Part shown: piece by piece, positions 53,451 to 62,589 of the stretch
Position numbering within the stretch: the stretch's first letter is position 1
Layout: each line of letters opens with the position of its first letter
Source: Synergistaceae bacterium
GTDB taxonomy: Bacteria; Synergistota; Synergistia; Synergistales; Aminobacteriaceae
Assembly: GCA_017443985.1 (NCBI GenBank)
Contig: JAFSXR010000030.1
Span: forward strand, 516-64,515
Length of the DNA: 64,000 nt
Direction: 5' to 3'
Translations under genes and position numbers: made by a program
The notes under the pieces: generated by a model
What the model saw: the letters and a program-made list of their open reading frames with translations, nothing else
Database searches by the model: none
Told to the model about the DNA's origin: nothing

Positions 53451-54218
53451 ATGAAAAAAATTCTCGCATTAGTGCTTGTGTTAATCATGGCGTTTTGTTC
53501 GTGCGCTTACGCTGAAAGCGATTTAGAGTACGTAAAGGGCAAAGGCGTTCTCGTCGTCGGCATAACGGATTTTCAGCCGATGGATTATAAGAATGAAAAC
53601 GGCGAATGGATCGGATTTGATGCTGACCTTGCGAAGGCGTTTGCGGCCTCTCTGGGCGTAAAAGTTGAGTTCCAGGAAATCGAATGGAACAATAAAATTT
53701 TAGAGCTCAACGGAAAAAATATTGACTGCGTTTGGAATGGAATGACATTAACGAGCGAAGTTCTCGCGGCTATGGAATGTTCAAAGCCTTATTGCAACAA
53801 CGCTCAAATAGTTGTCGTCCCTGCGTCCGAAGTTGCGAAGTATAACACGCTTGAAAGCCTCAAAGATTTAACGTTTGCTGTCGAACACGGGAGCGCTGGA
53901 AACGAACAGGCAAAGGCTCATAATTTCAAAGTCGTTGAAGTTCAAGACCAGGCCTCTGCGTTGATGGAAGTTGCGTCAGGAAGTTCGGGAGGCGCGATTA
54001 TCGACTCGTTAATGGCTGCGGCGATGGTCGGGCCGGGAACAGGCTACGAGAGCTTAGCTTACACCGTCGGACTTAACAGCGAAGAATACGGCGTAGGTTT
54101 CAGAAAGGGCTCTGACCTTGCGGAAGCTCTCAATAAATTTTTCGACGCAGGCAAAAAAGACGGAAGCATTCAAAAAACCGCAGAGCTTTACAAAATTCAA
54201 GCGGCTCTGATAAAATAA
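53451..54218 (+). CDS. amino-acid ABC transporter substrate-binding protein
   Basis: Lipoprotein-like signal peptide (LVLIMAFCSC) and family-3 SBP motifs (VVGITDFQPMDY, GFDADLA, DCVWNGMT). Confidence 0.85.
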   Translation: MKKILALVLVLIMAFCSCAYAESDLEYVKGKGVLVVGITDFQPMDYKNENGEWIGFDADLAKAFAASLGVKVEFQEIEWNNKILELNGKNIDCVWNGMTLTSEVLAAMECSKPYCNNAQIVVVPASEVAKYNTLESLKDLTFAVEHGSAGNEQAKAHNFKVVEVQDQASALMEVASGSSGGAIIDSLMAAAMVGPGTGYESLAYTVGLNSEEYGVGFRKGSDLAEALNKFFDAGKKDGSIQKTAELYKIQAALIK

Positions 54219-54235
54219 TATGCTAATGAAAAATT

Positions 54236-54270
54236 AGGAGGGTAAAAAAATTGGCCCTCCTTATTTTTTT
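54236..54270 (+). terminator. rho-independent terminator after the binding-protein gene
   Basis: AGGAGGG (54236-54242) pairs with CCCTCCT (54255-54261), followed by the T-run 54264-54270. Confidence 0.55.
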
Positions 54271-54360
54271 GCAACTACATTTACAATTACAAAAATCTTA
54301 AAATTTTTTAGTGTCAATAATTTTTCACGAAGAAAAAAATAAAAATAGAATCGCAAAAAA
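54264..54360 (+). mobile_element. AT-rich MITE-like element, copy 3 (half element)
   Basis: TTTTTTTGCAACTACATTTACAATTACAAAAATCTTAAAATTTTTTAGTG..AAAAATAGAATCGC. It lacks the distal third of the element. It sits between the SBP terminator and the permease ATG. Confidence 0.65.
54324..54351 (+). promoter_or_regulatory. promoter-like module carried by MITE-like copy 3, 12 nt upstream of the permease ATG
   Basis: TTCACG (54324-54329) - 16 nt - TAGAAT (54346-54351). The ATG at 54364 has no SD. Confidence 0.35.
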
Positions 54361-54363
54361 AAA

Positions 54364-55050
54364 ATGGATTTAATTTTTCAACAGATGCCGATCGTAATCG
54401 GTGCGTTAAATGAAGGTTTTATTCAAACGTTAAAATTATTCGCGGTAACTTTGCTCGGAGCTCTTCCGCTCGGACTCGTCATAGCGTTCGGAACTCTCTC
54501 GAAAATAAAAATCATAAGCTACTTCGCGCAGTTTATAATCTGGATAATTCGCGGAACTCCGTTAATGATTCAATTATTAATCGTCTATTATTTTCCCGGC
54601 CTCGTCTTAAAAACTCCGATATGGGGCGGCGGCGAGTCAGGAAGATTTTTAGCGGCCTCGATAGCTTTTATAATTAATTATGCGTGCTATTTTTCAGAAA
54701 TTTATCGCGGCGGCATTCAAAGCGTCCCGATCGGTCAGCAGGAAGCCGGGCTTGTCTTGGGAATGACGAAGCGGCAAATATTTTTTCACGTTACCCTGCT
54801 CCAGATGATAAAGAGAATTGTTCCGCCGATCTCAAACGAAATAATAACCCTCGTGAAAGATACGGCACTCGCAAGAATTATCGCCCTGCAGGAAATTATT
54901 TGGGCCGGTCAGGCGTTCATGAAGGGCTCGCACGGAATTTCAGGAGCTATATGGCCGTTATTTTTCACTGCCGTGTATTATTTAATTTTCAACGGCATTG
55001 TTACGCTTTTATTAACGAAACTCGAAAAGAAAATGGATTATTTCAGGTAA
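54364..55050 (+). CDS. amino-acid ABC transporter permease
   Basis: Polytopic membrane protein with the EAA loop QQEAGLVLGMTKRQIFFHVTLLQMIKR. No SD is visible upstream of the ATG. Confidence 0.85.
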   Translation: MDLIFQQMPIVIGALNEGFIQTLKLFAVTLLGALPLGLVIAFGTLSKIKIISYFAQFIIWIIRGTPLMIQLLIVYYFPGLVLKTPIWGGGESGRFLAASIAFIINYACYFSEIYRGGIQSVPIGQQEAGLVLGMTKRQIFFHVTLLQMIKRIVPPISNEIITLVKDTALARIIALQEIIWAGQAFMKGSHGISGAIWPLFFTAVYYLIFNGIVTLLLTKLEKKMDYFR

Positions 55051-55056
55051 ATTATC

Positions 55057-55827
55057 ATGGCTATCTTAGAAGTAAAAAATATACGCAAAACTTTTGAAAA
55101 TACGGAAGTCCTCAAGGGAATAAATTTCTCGCTCGAAAAAGGCCAAGTGCTTTCGATAATCGGCTCATCGGGGAGCGGCAAGACGACTTTATTGCGCTGC
55201 TTAAATTTTTTAGAAACTCCGGACGAGGGAATTATAAAGGTCAACGGCGAAATTTTATTTGACAGTCAAGACCCTTCGACACGGCTTGAGCGTCAGATAC
55301 GTCAAAAGCGTCTGCACTTCGGACTTGTTTTTCAGTCGTTCAATTTATTTCCGCAGTACACAGCTCTTGAAAATGTAACGCTTGCGCCCAAATTAATGGC
55401 AAAAGATAAAAAAACTTATGAGGCAGAGAAAGAAAATATAAACTCCCTTGCCCTAGAACTGTTAAATCAAGTCGGGCTTTCAGACAGAATTAATAATTAT
55501 CCTCATCAGCTTTCAGGCGGACAGCAGCAGAGAGTCGCAATCGCACGCGCATTAATTTTGAAGCCGGATATTTTATGTTTTGACGAGCCGACGAGCGCGT
55601 TAGACCCGGAATTAACGGGCGAAGTCTTAAAGGTCATCAAAAAACTTTCAGATAAAAAAAATACTATGATAATCGTTACTCACGAAATGGAATTTGCGCG
55701 CGATGTTTCGAGCCACGTAATTTTCATGGACGGCGGAGTAATCTGTGAACAGGGCGAGCCTCAAGAATTATTTAATAACCCAAAGGAAGAGCGGACAAAA
55801 CAATTTTTGACGCGCTTTAATAATTAA
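55057..55827 (+). CDS. amino-acid ABC transporter ATP-binding protein
   Basis: [34 protein letters not shown] and FNNPKEERTKQFL. Confidence 0.9.
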   Translation: MAILEVKNIRKTFENTEVLKGINFSLEKGQVLSIIGSSGSGKTTLLRCLNFLETPDEGIIKVNGEILFDSQDPSTRLERQIRQKRLHFGLVFQSFNLFPQYTALENVTLAPKLMAKDKKTYEAEKENINSLALELLNQVGLSDRINNYPHQLSGGQQQRVAIARALILKPDILCFDEPTSALDPELTGEVLKVIKKLSDKKNTMIIVTHEMEFARDVSSHVIFMDGGVICEQGEPQELFNNPKEERTKQFLTRFNN

Positions 55828-55860
55828 AAATTTAGTAAGGACTTGAACGAAAATAAAAAA

Positions 55861-55884
55861 AACTCCTACCTCCTAACTCCTAAT
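55861..55884 (-). repeat. SD-like heptamer array just 3' of cbiG, in a convergent gap
   Basis: The plus strand reads AACTCCTACCTCCTAACTCCTAAT. No start codon lies downstream in either orientation. Confidence 0.85.
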
Positions 55885-56837
55885 TAATTTTTAGCACGAG
55901 CCAGAGCGAAAGTAATATCTTTTTTGTAAATCCATTTACTTCTTAAAAGCACCGCGCCCTCACCGGCGGCAAGCATACATGAACGCTCGCAGATATTATC
56001 AACGCCGGTAACGCTCAAAACTTTTTCGGAGCTTGTAAAAATTCCCGGAACTGTTTTTAATTCTTCGGCCTTGAAAAATACAAAAGGGATATTGTGATTT
56101 TTTGCAAAGTTTACCAGCGCAGGCTCGTTGGATTTTATTTCTATTGAGGCGAGAGCTTTGAGGCTCAACGCGGACACGCCGGAACTTTCTAAAAAAATTT
56201 TTGCGGCGTTTTCAAATTCTTCGCTACAAATTCCTCGATTACATCCTGCGCCCAAAATTAAATTTTTAGGTCTTAGCCATAAAGTTACGGGAAAAGGCGC
56301 GGGCTGAAGTTCATGAGTTACAGCTACGCCGACGCTGTGATGTTCTAAAATTTCGCTTGAGATTTTTTTTATCGCGCTTGGATTTTCGATTGCGCAGTTA
56401 TTTTTCACTGCCCATTCATCGACGGCAATTAAATTATTTATGTCGGTTGCAGTTGTGATTACGGGGACGGCGTGAAGAAATGACGCGATTTTTCTTGCAA
56501 GTTCGTTAGCTCCTCCGACATGCCCTGATAAAATCGGTATAACAAAATTTCCTGCTTCATCAATCACAATTACGGCAGGGTCATGAAGTTTTGATTTAAT
56601 ATAGGGAGCTATTGAGCGTGTTGCAATTCCGCAGGCCGATACAAAAATTATTGCGCGAGCTTTGCAAAAAATTTTCCCGGTCCATTCTGTCAACGGCGCA
56701 TCAATTTTTTCAAGCCCTTCAGAAAAAAATCTTTCCGGCACAAAAATTTTAGCGTCAAGAAATTTTGAAATTTTTTTTGCTAAATTAATTCCGTTTTTTG
56801 TGAACGCCGCAATTATAATTTTATTTTCTAAATTCAT
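55884..56837 (-). CDS. cbiG: cobalt-precorrin-5A hydrolase CbiG
   Basis: Two-domain CbiG layout: N-terminal IFVSACGIATRSIAP and C-terminal LGAGCNRG..LASIEIKSNEP..ERSCMLAA. Overlaps cbiF by 17 nt. Confidence 0.75.
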   Translation of the reverse strand: MNLENKIIIAAFTKNGINLAKKISKFLDAKIFVPERFFSEGLEKIDAPLTEWTGKIFCKARAIIFVSACGIATRSIAPYIKSKLHDPAVIVIDEAGNFVIPILSGHVGGANELARKIASFLHAVPVITTATDINNLIAVDEWAVKNNCAIENPSAIKKISSEILEHHSVGVAVTHELQPAPFPVTLWLRPKNLILGAGCNRGICSEEFENAAKIFLESSGVSALSLKALASIEIKSNEPALVNFAKNHNIPFVFFKAEELKTVPGIFTSSEKVLSVTGVDNICERSCMLAAGEGAVLLRSKWIYKKDITFALARAKN

Positions 56838-57543
56838 GAGAAAAATTTTTGTCGTAGAGTTTTGATTTTGTATTAATATTTTTATCCAAAAAATCTCCGG
56901 CTAAAATCAAAGCTGTTTTATTAATCCCTGCTTCTTCTACAAGTTTTGGAAGTGTTGATAAAGTTCCGCGAATAATTTTTTCGTCAGGCCAAGACGCTTT
57001 ATATACCAAAGCCGCAGGGGTATCGGGCGAATATTTTTTTATTAATTCATCGCAGGCTTTGTCAATCATTCCTGCCGACAAAAATAAAACAGTTGCAGAA
57101 TTATCATCGGGCGCAGGAGTTCTGCCCTCAATGCGCGAAATTATTAGCGTCTGCGAAATTTCGGGTATCATGTATTCAAGTTTCAAAGCGGCTGACGCGG
57201 CAAAAAGAGAGCTGACGCCCGGAACAATCTCGAAAGGAATTTTATTTGTCTCCAAAATTTTTATTTGTTCGCGGATTGCGCCGTAGAGCGACGGATCTCC
57301 CGAATGAAGTCTTGCAACGGTTAAATTTTTTTTGTGGCCCTCGATTAATTTTTGAGAAATTTCTTCCAAAGTCATTGAGGCGCTGTCAAAAATTTCACAG
57401 TCATTACGCGCATATTTTTTTATGATTTCAAAATTAATTAAAGAGCCGGCGTAAATAATCATACCGGCTTCACTCAAAATTTTTGCGCCCTTGACGGTGA
57501 TTAAATCAGCGTCGCCGGGCCCTGCACCAATGAAATAAATCAT
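56821..57543 (-). CDS. cbiF: precorrin-4 / cobalt-precorrin-4 C11-methyltransferase CbiF
   Basis: [31 protein letters not shown] and VPGVSS are tetrapyrrole methylase motifs. I place the start at ATG 57543, which overlaps the upstream stop by 4 nt; the longer ORF to 57588 is unlikely. Confidence 0.9.
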   Translation of the reverse strand: MIYFIGAGPGDADLITVKGAKILSEAGMIIYAGSLINFEIIKKYARNDCEIFDSASMTLEEISQKLIEGHKKNLTVARLHSGDPSLYGAIREQIKILETNKIPFEIVPGVSSLFAASAALKLEYMIPEISQTLIISRIEGRTPAPDDNSATVLFLSAGMIDKACDELIKKYSPDTPAALVYKASWPDEKIIRGTLSTLPKLVEEAGINKTALILAGDFLDKNINTKSKLYDKNFSHEFRK

Positions 57544-58316
57544 AGCGTTACAATTTTTAATCCGAGCGAATTTGCAAGCTCTTCGCACTCGTCAAATTTG
57601 TACATCAAAGTTTCTTTGCGGTGGCTGTCGCTTGAAAGAATTACGCTGCCGTTATAAGCCGCGATATATCCCAAAATTCTTTTTGAAGGATACGGAAATT
57701 TTTTGTAGCCTCTTGACATTGCGCCAGTGTTAATTTCAAAGGGCCTGCCTGTCTTTAATAAAACATCAAGAGCTTTTTCAGCCGCTTTGACGTAGCGCGG
57801 ATTATCTTCGTCAAAAAATTTGCTGCCGTCATTAAATTTTGAAACTAAATCAAAATGCCCGATGATATTCGCGTTAGTCTTATTAACAACATCAGAGACT
57901 ATCTCAAAATATTTTTCGCAGACTTCATAAACATCGCCGTTACATTCTTTAATTGCCTGCTCAAAACATTCGATAGTATGATCGATAGGAATTTTTTTGC
58001 CGCCGCACGTTATATAATGCACCGAGCCGATTATGTAATCGTAATCATCTGTATTAACATCTGAAAAATAATCGTACTCAGTGCCAAGCAAAATTTTAAT
58101 TTGTGATTTATATTTTTGCTTGAGCCTTTTAATTTCGTTTTTGTATTTTTCGACATTATCAGCAGGCCACGAGATAGACTCGTCAAAATCAACGTATGAA
58201 TGGCCGGAAAAGCCGATTTTTTTCATGCCTTTTGAAATTGCTTCGAGGACAATATCTTCGGGCTTGTCTTTGCCGTCGCAGTAGCAGGTGTGAACGTGGA
58301 AGTCAGATAAAATCAT
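57540..58316 (-). CDS. hisJ: histidinol-phosphatase, PHP family
   Basis: [23 protein letters not shown] and SDSH are the PHP metal-binding motifs. It lies at the distal end of a his gene string. Confidence 0.8.
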   Translation of the reverse strand: MILSDFHVHTCYCDGKDKPEDIVLEAISKGMKKIGFSGHSYVDFDESISWPADNVEKYKNEIKRLKQKYKSQIKILLGTEYDYFSDVNTDDYDYIIGSVHYITCGGKKIPIDHTIECFEQAIKECNGDVYEVCEKYFEIVSDVVNKTNANIIGHFDLVSKFNDGSKFFDEDNPRYVKAAEKALDVLLKTGRPFEINTGAMSRGYKKFPYPSKRILGYIAAYNGSVILSSDSHRKETLMYKFDECEELANSLGLKIVTL

Positions 58317-58966
58317 GATGTCATTTTCTCCTGTTTAACTTTTTTGTCAATTACATGACGCGAGCCAAGTTCTTTAATTACGTCTTTAATTTCGATGTCC
58401 ATCTCCGCCATTAATACCAACATGTGATAAATTAAGTCGGAAATTTCGTAAATCGTTTCTTTTCTGTCATTCTTTGCCGCAATAATTACTTCGGAACTTT
58501 CTTCGCCGATTTTTTTTAGAATTTTATCCAATCCCTTTTCAAATAAATATGACGTGTAAGAGCCTTCGACCTTTTCATTTTTGCGGCCTTTGATAAGTTC
58601 CATTAATCCGCACAGCGTGAACTTTTCGTGAGCTTCTTTTTCGCGTTCCATGACATCATCGACAAAGCATGAATAATTACCTAAATGGCACGCCGGGCCG
58701 TCAGGTTTTACGAAAATTAATAAAGTGTCGCGGTCGCAGTCGGCTTTGATTTCTTTGATGTGCTGATAGTTGCCGCTGGTCTCGCCCTTGAGCCATAATT
58801 CATTGCGTGAACGGCTCCAAAAGCACGTTAATTTTTTTTCGAGAGAAATTTTCAAGCTCTCTTTGTTCATGTACGCAAGCATCAGGACATCGCCGCTGTC
58901 GTCATCAATTACGATCGCCGGGATTAATCCGTCAGCATTAAATTTTAATTCGTTAATGTTAAGCAT
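58313..58966 (-). CDS. hisI: bifunctional phosphoribosyl-AMP cyclohydrolase / phosphoribosyl-ATP pyrophosphatase HisIE
   Basis: The HisI part has [31 protein letters not shown] and CDRD. The HisE part has [18 protein letters not shown] and SDLIYH. Confidence 0.9.
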   Translation of the reverse strand: MLNINELKFNADGLIPAIVIDDDSGDVLMLAYMNKESLKISLEKKLTCFWSRSRNELWLKGETSGNYQHIKEIKADCDRDTLLIFVKPDGPACHLGNYSCFVDDVMEREKEAHEKFTLCGLMELIKGRKNEKVEGSYTSYLFEKGLDKILKKIGEESSEVIIAAKNDRKETIYEISDLIYHMLVLMAEMDIEIKDVIKELGSRHVIDKKVKQEKMTS

Positions 58967-58970
58967 TTTT

Positions 58971-59729
58971 TTATAACCTCACTGAAATATTTTCGCTCCT
59001 CATTCGCTCTTTCAAATTTTTTATCGAAACTTCGCCGAAATGAAAAATCGAAGCCGCTAATCCTGCGTCAACTTTTGGTAAAGTTTTGAACAGCGTTATA
59101 AAATCTTCAATGCTCCCTGCACCGCCCGACGCTATCACTGGAACATTAATAACATCGCAGACAGCTTTCAGCATCTCTAAATCAAAACCCTTTTTAATGC
59201 CGTCAGTGTCGATTGAATTTAATACAACTTCGCCCGCGCCGTCATCAACGCATTTTTTTATCCAATTTATTGCCTCGATACCCGTATCATCGCGTCCGCC
59301 CCGCGCAAAAATTCTGAACTCGCCGTCAACTCTTTTAACGTCAGCAGAAATTACAACACATTGAGAGCCGTATAATTTCGCCGCTTCGGAAATTAGTGCA
59401 GGATTTTTAATTGCTCCGGTGTTCACGCTGACTTTATCAGAACCGCAGGACAACACGCGCTCAAAATCTTTTACGCTCGAAATTCCTCCGCCGACCGTCA
59501 ACGGAATAAAAACATTCCGCGCTGTCTCACGCAAAATATCCGTAAAAATTTTCCGCCCGTCAGATGAAGCCGTTATGTCATAGAAAACAAGCTCGTCAGC
59601 TCCGTTATCGCTGTAAAATTTCGCAAGCTCTACGGGAGAATTTACATCGTTAAGATTTTCAAAATTTACGCCCTTCACAACACGCCCGTCCCGAACGTCA
59701 AGGCACGGAATTATTCTTTTTGTAATCAT
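58971..59729 (-). CDS. hisF: imidazole glycerol phosphate synthase cyclase subunit HisF
   Basis: [40 protein letters not shown] and ASGGAG are the canonical motifs. Confidence 0.95.
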   Translation of the reverse strand: MITKRIIPCLDVRDGRVVKGVNFENLNDVNSPVELAKFYSDNGADELVFYDITASSDGRKIFTDILRETARNVFIPLTVGGGISSVKDFERVLSCGSDKVSVNTGAIKNPALISEAAKLYGSQCVVISADVKRVDGEFRIFARGGRDDTGIEAINWIKKCVDDGAGEVVLNSIDTDGIKKGFDLEMLKAVCDVINVPVIASGGAGSIEDFITLFKTLPKVDAGLAASIFHFGEVSIKNLKERMRSENISVRL

Positions 59730-59730
59730 T

Positions 59731-60444
59731 TTATTTCGCCGCCTCTATTGCTTCCTTAATATTAATTGCGCCCGTGTAGTATGCTTTGCCGATTATCGCG
59801 CCGTAAAGATCTAATTTTGCGAGTGCTTTGACATCATCAAGAGAACTCACTCCGCCCGACGCAATGATATTAATTTTTAATTTTTCAGTGAGTTTTTTAT
59901 ATAGCAAAATATTTGTGCCCTTCATTGCACCGTCTTTTGAAATGTCCGTGCAAATTATTGTTTTAACGCCGATGTCCTGCATACGTTCGCAAAAATTTAT
60001 TGCTTCGATGTTAGAATTTTCCTGCCAGCCTTTTATCGCTACGTTATTATTTTTTATGTCAACGCCGACAGCAATTTTTTCACCAAAATTTTTAACGGCA
60101 TCTTCGGCAAAATTTTTTTCCGTTACTGCCGCCGTTCCTAAAATTACGCGGTCAACTCCTGAATTTATATAACGCTCAATGATTTTCATGCTGCGTACAC
60201 CGCCGCCGACTTCACATTTTAATTTGCATGACGAAATTATTTTTGTAATTGTATCAATGTTGACGGCCTCGCCCGTTTTTGCGCCTTCTAAGTCAACGAT
60301 GTGCAGCCATTCTGCGCCGAACGATTCAAATTTTTTTGCGGTGTTCAGCGGCTCATTATCGTAAACCGTCATTTTTTTGTAATCGCCCTGAAAAAGTCTA
60401 ACGGCTTGGCCCTGAAATAAATCTATCGCAGGAAAAATTAACAT
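59731..60444 (-). CDS. hisA: ProFAR isomerase HisA
   Basis: IFPAIDL..GQAVRL.QGDY, HIVDLEGA, VGGGVRS and ASGGVSS. Confidence 0.9.
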   Translation of the reverse strand: MLIFPAIDLFQGQAVRLFQGDYKKMTVYDNEPLNTAKKFESFGAEWLHIVDLEGAKTGEAVNIDTITKIISSCKLKCEVGGGVRSMKIIERYINSGVDRVILGTAAVTEKNFAEDAVKNFGEKIAVGVDIKNNNVAIKGWQENSNIEAINFCERMQDIGVKTIICTDISKDGAMKGTNILLYKKLTEKLKINIIASGGVSSLDDVKALAKLDLYGAIIGKAYYTGAINIKEAIEAAK

Positions 60445-60447
60445 GCG

Positions 60448-61089
60448 TTACACCTCCTGCCTGTCGGCAGACACGGCGCAAAATTCACGCAAAATATTTA
60501 AGCCGACGTTGCCGCTTTTCTCCGGGTGGAATTGAACGCCGTAAATATTTTTGTTCTGCACCGAAGCAGTTAAATCAGCTCCGTAATTTGTCGTTGCCGT
60601 TATAAATTTTTCGTCGCAGAAGGCAGCGTATGAATGAACAAAATAAACATATTCGCCGTTATTTTTAATTATCGACTGACCTCCTACCTCCTCACTCCTA
60701 CCTCCTACCTGTAAAGCGTTCCAGCCTATTTGAGGAATTTTTAAGCCCTCCGGGATAACTTCGCCGATGTAGCGCACAGTGCCGGGAATTAAATTTAATC
60801 CTTCATGCTCGCCAAATTCGTAGCTCTTTGTGAAAAGCATCTGCATTCCTAAACAAATTCCTAATAACGGCTTGCCTCTTTTAACTTCGTCAAGCAGAGT
60901 TTCAACAAGTCCCGAAGATTTTAATTTTTTTGCCGCGTCCTCAAATGCTCCGACACCTGGCAAAATTATTCGTTCTGATTTTTTCAAGTCTTCGGGGTCT
61001 GACGTTACTTTCACATTTTTTCCAATGGCGTTGAAAGAACTTTCAAGCGAAAATAAATTTCCTACGCCGTAATTTATTATTGCAATCAT
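60448..61089 (-). CDS. hisH: imidazole glycerol phosphate synthase glutaminase subunit HisH
   Basis: ILPGVGAF, GICLGMQ (nucleophile Cys), IGWN, YFVHSY and GVQFHPEKS. The gene contains a heptamer-repeat-derived segment at 60678-60711. Confidence 0.9.
   Translation of the reverse strand: MIAIINYGVGNLFSLESSFNAIGKNVKVTSDPEDLKKSERIILPGVGAFEDAAKKLKSSGLVETLLDEVKRGKPLLGICLGMQMLFTKSYEFGEHEGLNLIPGTVRYIGEVIPEGLKIPQIGWNALQVGGRSEEVGGQSIIKNNGEYVYFVHSYAAFCDEKFITATTNYGADLTASVQNKNIYGVQFHPEKSGNVGLNILREFCAVSADRQEV
60678..60711 (-). repeat. SD-like heptamer array inside hisH (sense orientation, in frame)
   Basis: The minus strand reads CAGGTAGGAGGTAGGAGTGAGGAGGTAGGAGGTC, encoding QVGGRSEEVGGQ between the conserved GWN and YFVHSY motifs. 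Confidence 0.9.
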
Positions 61090-61095
61090 ACTTTC

Positions 61096-61130
61096 TTAAC
61101 TCCTACCTCCTAACTCCTAATTCCTACCTG
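61096..61130 (-). repeat. tandem 7-nt SD-like repeat array immediately 5' of hisH
   Basis: The minus strand reads CAGGTAGGAATTAGGAGTTAGGAGGTAGGAGTTAA and ends 6 nt before the hisH ATG (61089). Confidence 0.9.
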
Positions 61131-61170
61131 CTCAATGTATTATAATTCATGAAAATTTTTTATAAGTGAA

Positions 61171-62379
61171 GTGAATTTTATTTTGACAGAAAAACTTTAT
61201 TACGAAGATTTATACGCCCGTGAATTTGACGCGGAAGTCATAAATCAATCTGAACATGACGGAAAATTTCACGTGATCTTGAATAAAACTTTATTCTTTC
61301 CGAGCGGAGGAGGTCAGCCCTGCGACACAGGATTTATTGACGGCGTTGAGGTCCTCGAAGTTTTAGAGCGCGGCGGCGAAATAATACACGTCCTGAAAAA
61401 TGAATTAGCTAATAAAAATGTTCACGGCGTTTTGAACTGGGAAAAGAGATTTGAATACATGCAGCAGCACTTGGGCGAACACATCTTCGCAGGAATGTTA
61501 TTCAACCTTCACCAGCTTCACACGGCACGAATGAGAATTGAGGGCGATAACGTTTCAATCGACATTAACGAAGCAGTCAATGAAGATTTTATTTTTGAGG
61601 CTGAGGCAGTAGCTAACGAGGCGGTCTGGAAAAATATTCCTGTCGAAGTTTTGTATCCCGGCATGGAAGAAGTTAAGGCACTCGCACGAAAACTTCCCCC
61701 CGAAAAATCTGATCAGCCCATAAGAATTATAAAAATCGAAGGCGTTGATTATGTCCCCTGTTGCGGAGTTCATGTAAGCTCTACGGGCGAAGTCGGCCTG
61801 ATAAAAATTACTTCGTTTGAAAATCATAAGGGCGGAACGAGAATTTATTTGAAGTGCGGACAAGCGGCTTACAGGTGGCTCTCTTCACTTTACAGCGAAG
61901 TCAGAAAGGCCGAGTCCGAATTAGTCTGCGGCTATGAAGGAATTAACGAGAAGATATTAAACCTCAAAGGCCAGATTAAAGACCTGAAAGCAAACAACGA
62001 AAAAACTTTAGAAAAATTTTTGAGGCCGCTCGCTGAAAATTTAATCGACAATGCAAAAAATAAAATCGTCCGGCACGTCATGAAAGATTCAACCCAAGAC
62101 GAAGTGAAGCATTTATTCAAATTAATCACTGAAATTAATCACGAAGTTGCAGCCTTGCTCTCGTGTGAAAATTCCGACGGCGTTTTCATAATATTCGGGA
62201 CGAATAAAGAGAATAAAAATACTGACGTTCGCCCGGCCTTCAAAAAAGCTGTCGCAATTCTTGAGGGCAAAGGCGGCGGAAGTTCATTCAGCGCGCAGGG
62301 CTGGGGCAAAAATTCTGAAAGGCTCGACGAAGCTCTAAACGAAGCCGAAAAAATTTTGCTCCACGAAAAAAATTTTTGA
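61171..62379 (+). CDS. alaX: alanyl-tRNA editing protein AlaX (long form, with DHHA1-like C-terminus)
   Basis: TEKLYYEDLY, PSGGGQPCD, the zinc motifs HLGEH and CCGVHV, and a C-terminal GGGSSFSAQG. The start is GTG 61171 or TTG 61183. The last codons and the stop lie inside repeat copy 4. Confidence 0.8.
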   Translation: MNFILTEKLYYEDLYAREFDAEVINQSEHDGKFHVILNKTLFFPSGGGQPCDTGFIDGVEVLEVLERGGEIIHVLKNELANKNVHGVLNWEKRFEYMQQHLGEHIFAGMLFNLHQLHTARMRIEGDNVSIDINEAVNEDFIFEAEAVANEAVWKNIPVEVLYPGMEEVKALARKLPPEKSDQPIRIIKIEGVDYVPCCGVHVSSTGEVGLIKITSFENHKGGTRIYLKCGQAAYRWLSSLYSEVRKAESELVCGYEGINEKILNLKGQIKDLKANNEKTLEKFLRPLAENLIDNAKNKIVRHVMKDSTQDEVKHLFKLITEINHEVAALLSCENSDGVFIIFGTNKENKNTDVRPAFKKAVAILEGKGGGSSFSAQGWGKNSERLDEALNEAEKILLHEKNF

Positions 62380-62529
62380 TTCTAATTTTTTAATCAGCTC
62401 CATGAATTTTTGCAGGCGTTAAAAATTTTGAAACTTTTTGTAGGTGTAAATGTAGTGGTAAAAAATTTTTCTCTCTGAATTTTTTATAAACTTGGAATAA
62501 AATATTTTATCACAAAATTTTTTTCTGGG
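62361..62529 (-). mobile_element. AT-rich MITE-like intergenic element, copy 4 (~169 bp)
   Basis: CCACGAAAAAAATTTTTGATTCTAATTTTTT..TTGTAGGTGTAAATGTAGTGGTAAAAA..AATATTTTATCACAAAATTTTTTTCTGGG. Same orientation as copy 1. It overlaps the last 19 nt of alaX. Confidence 0.7.
62379..62406 (-). promoter_or_regulatory. promoter-like module carried by MITE-like copy 4, pointing antisense into alaX
   Basis: The minus strand reads TTCATG - 16 nt - TAGAAT. Confidence 0.25.
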
Positions 62530-62589
62530 TTATATTTTTTGTGCCGTTGTGAAATTCCTAACTCCTCATTAAAAAAGGAGGCAAAATTT

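Noticed and set aside
54684-55097. 137-aa alternative-frame ORF across the permease/ATPase junction
   Set aside because: It is out of frame with two confident ABC genes, and its Arg-rich, low-complexity translation marks it as spurious.
10626-61130. Whether the short tandem repeats could be a CRISPR array or degenerate CRISPR remnants
   Set aside because: The units are 7 nt, directly abutting with no spacers, scattered singly across the window, and no cas genes are present. This is not CRISPR.
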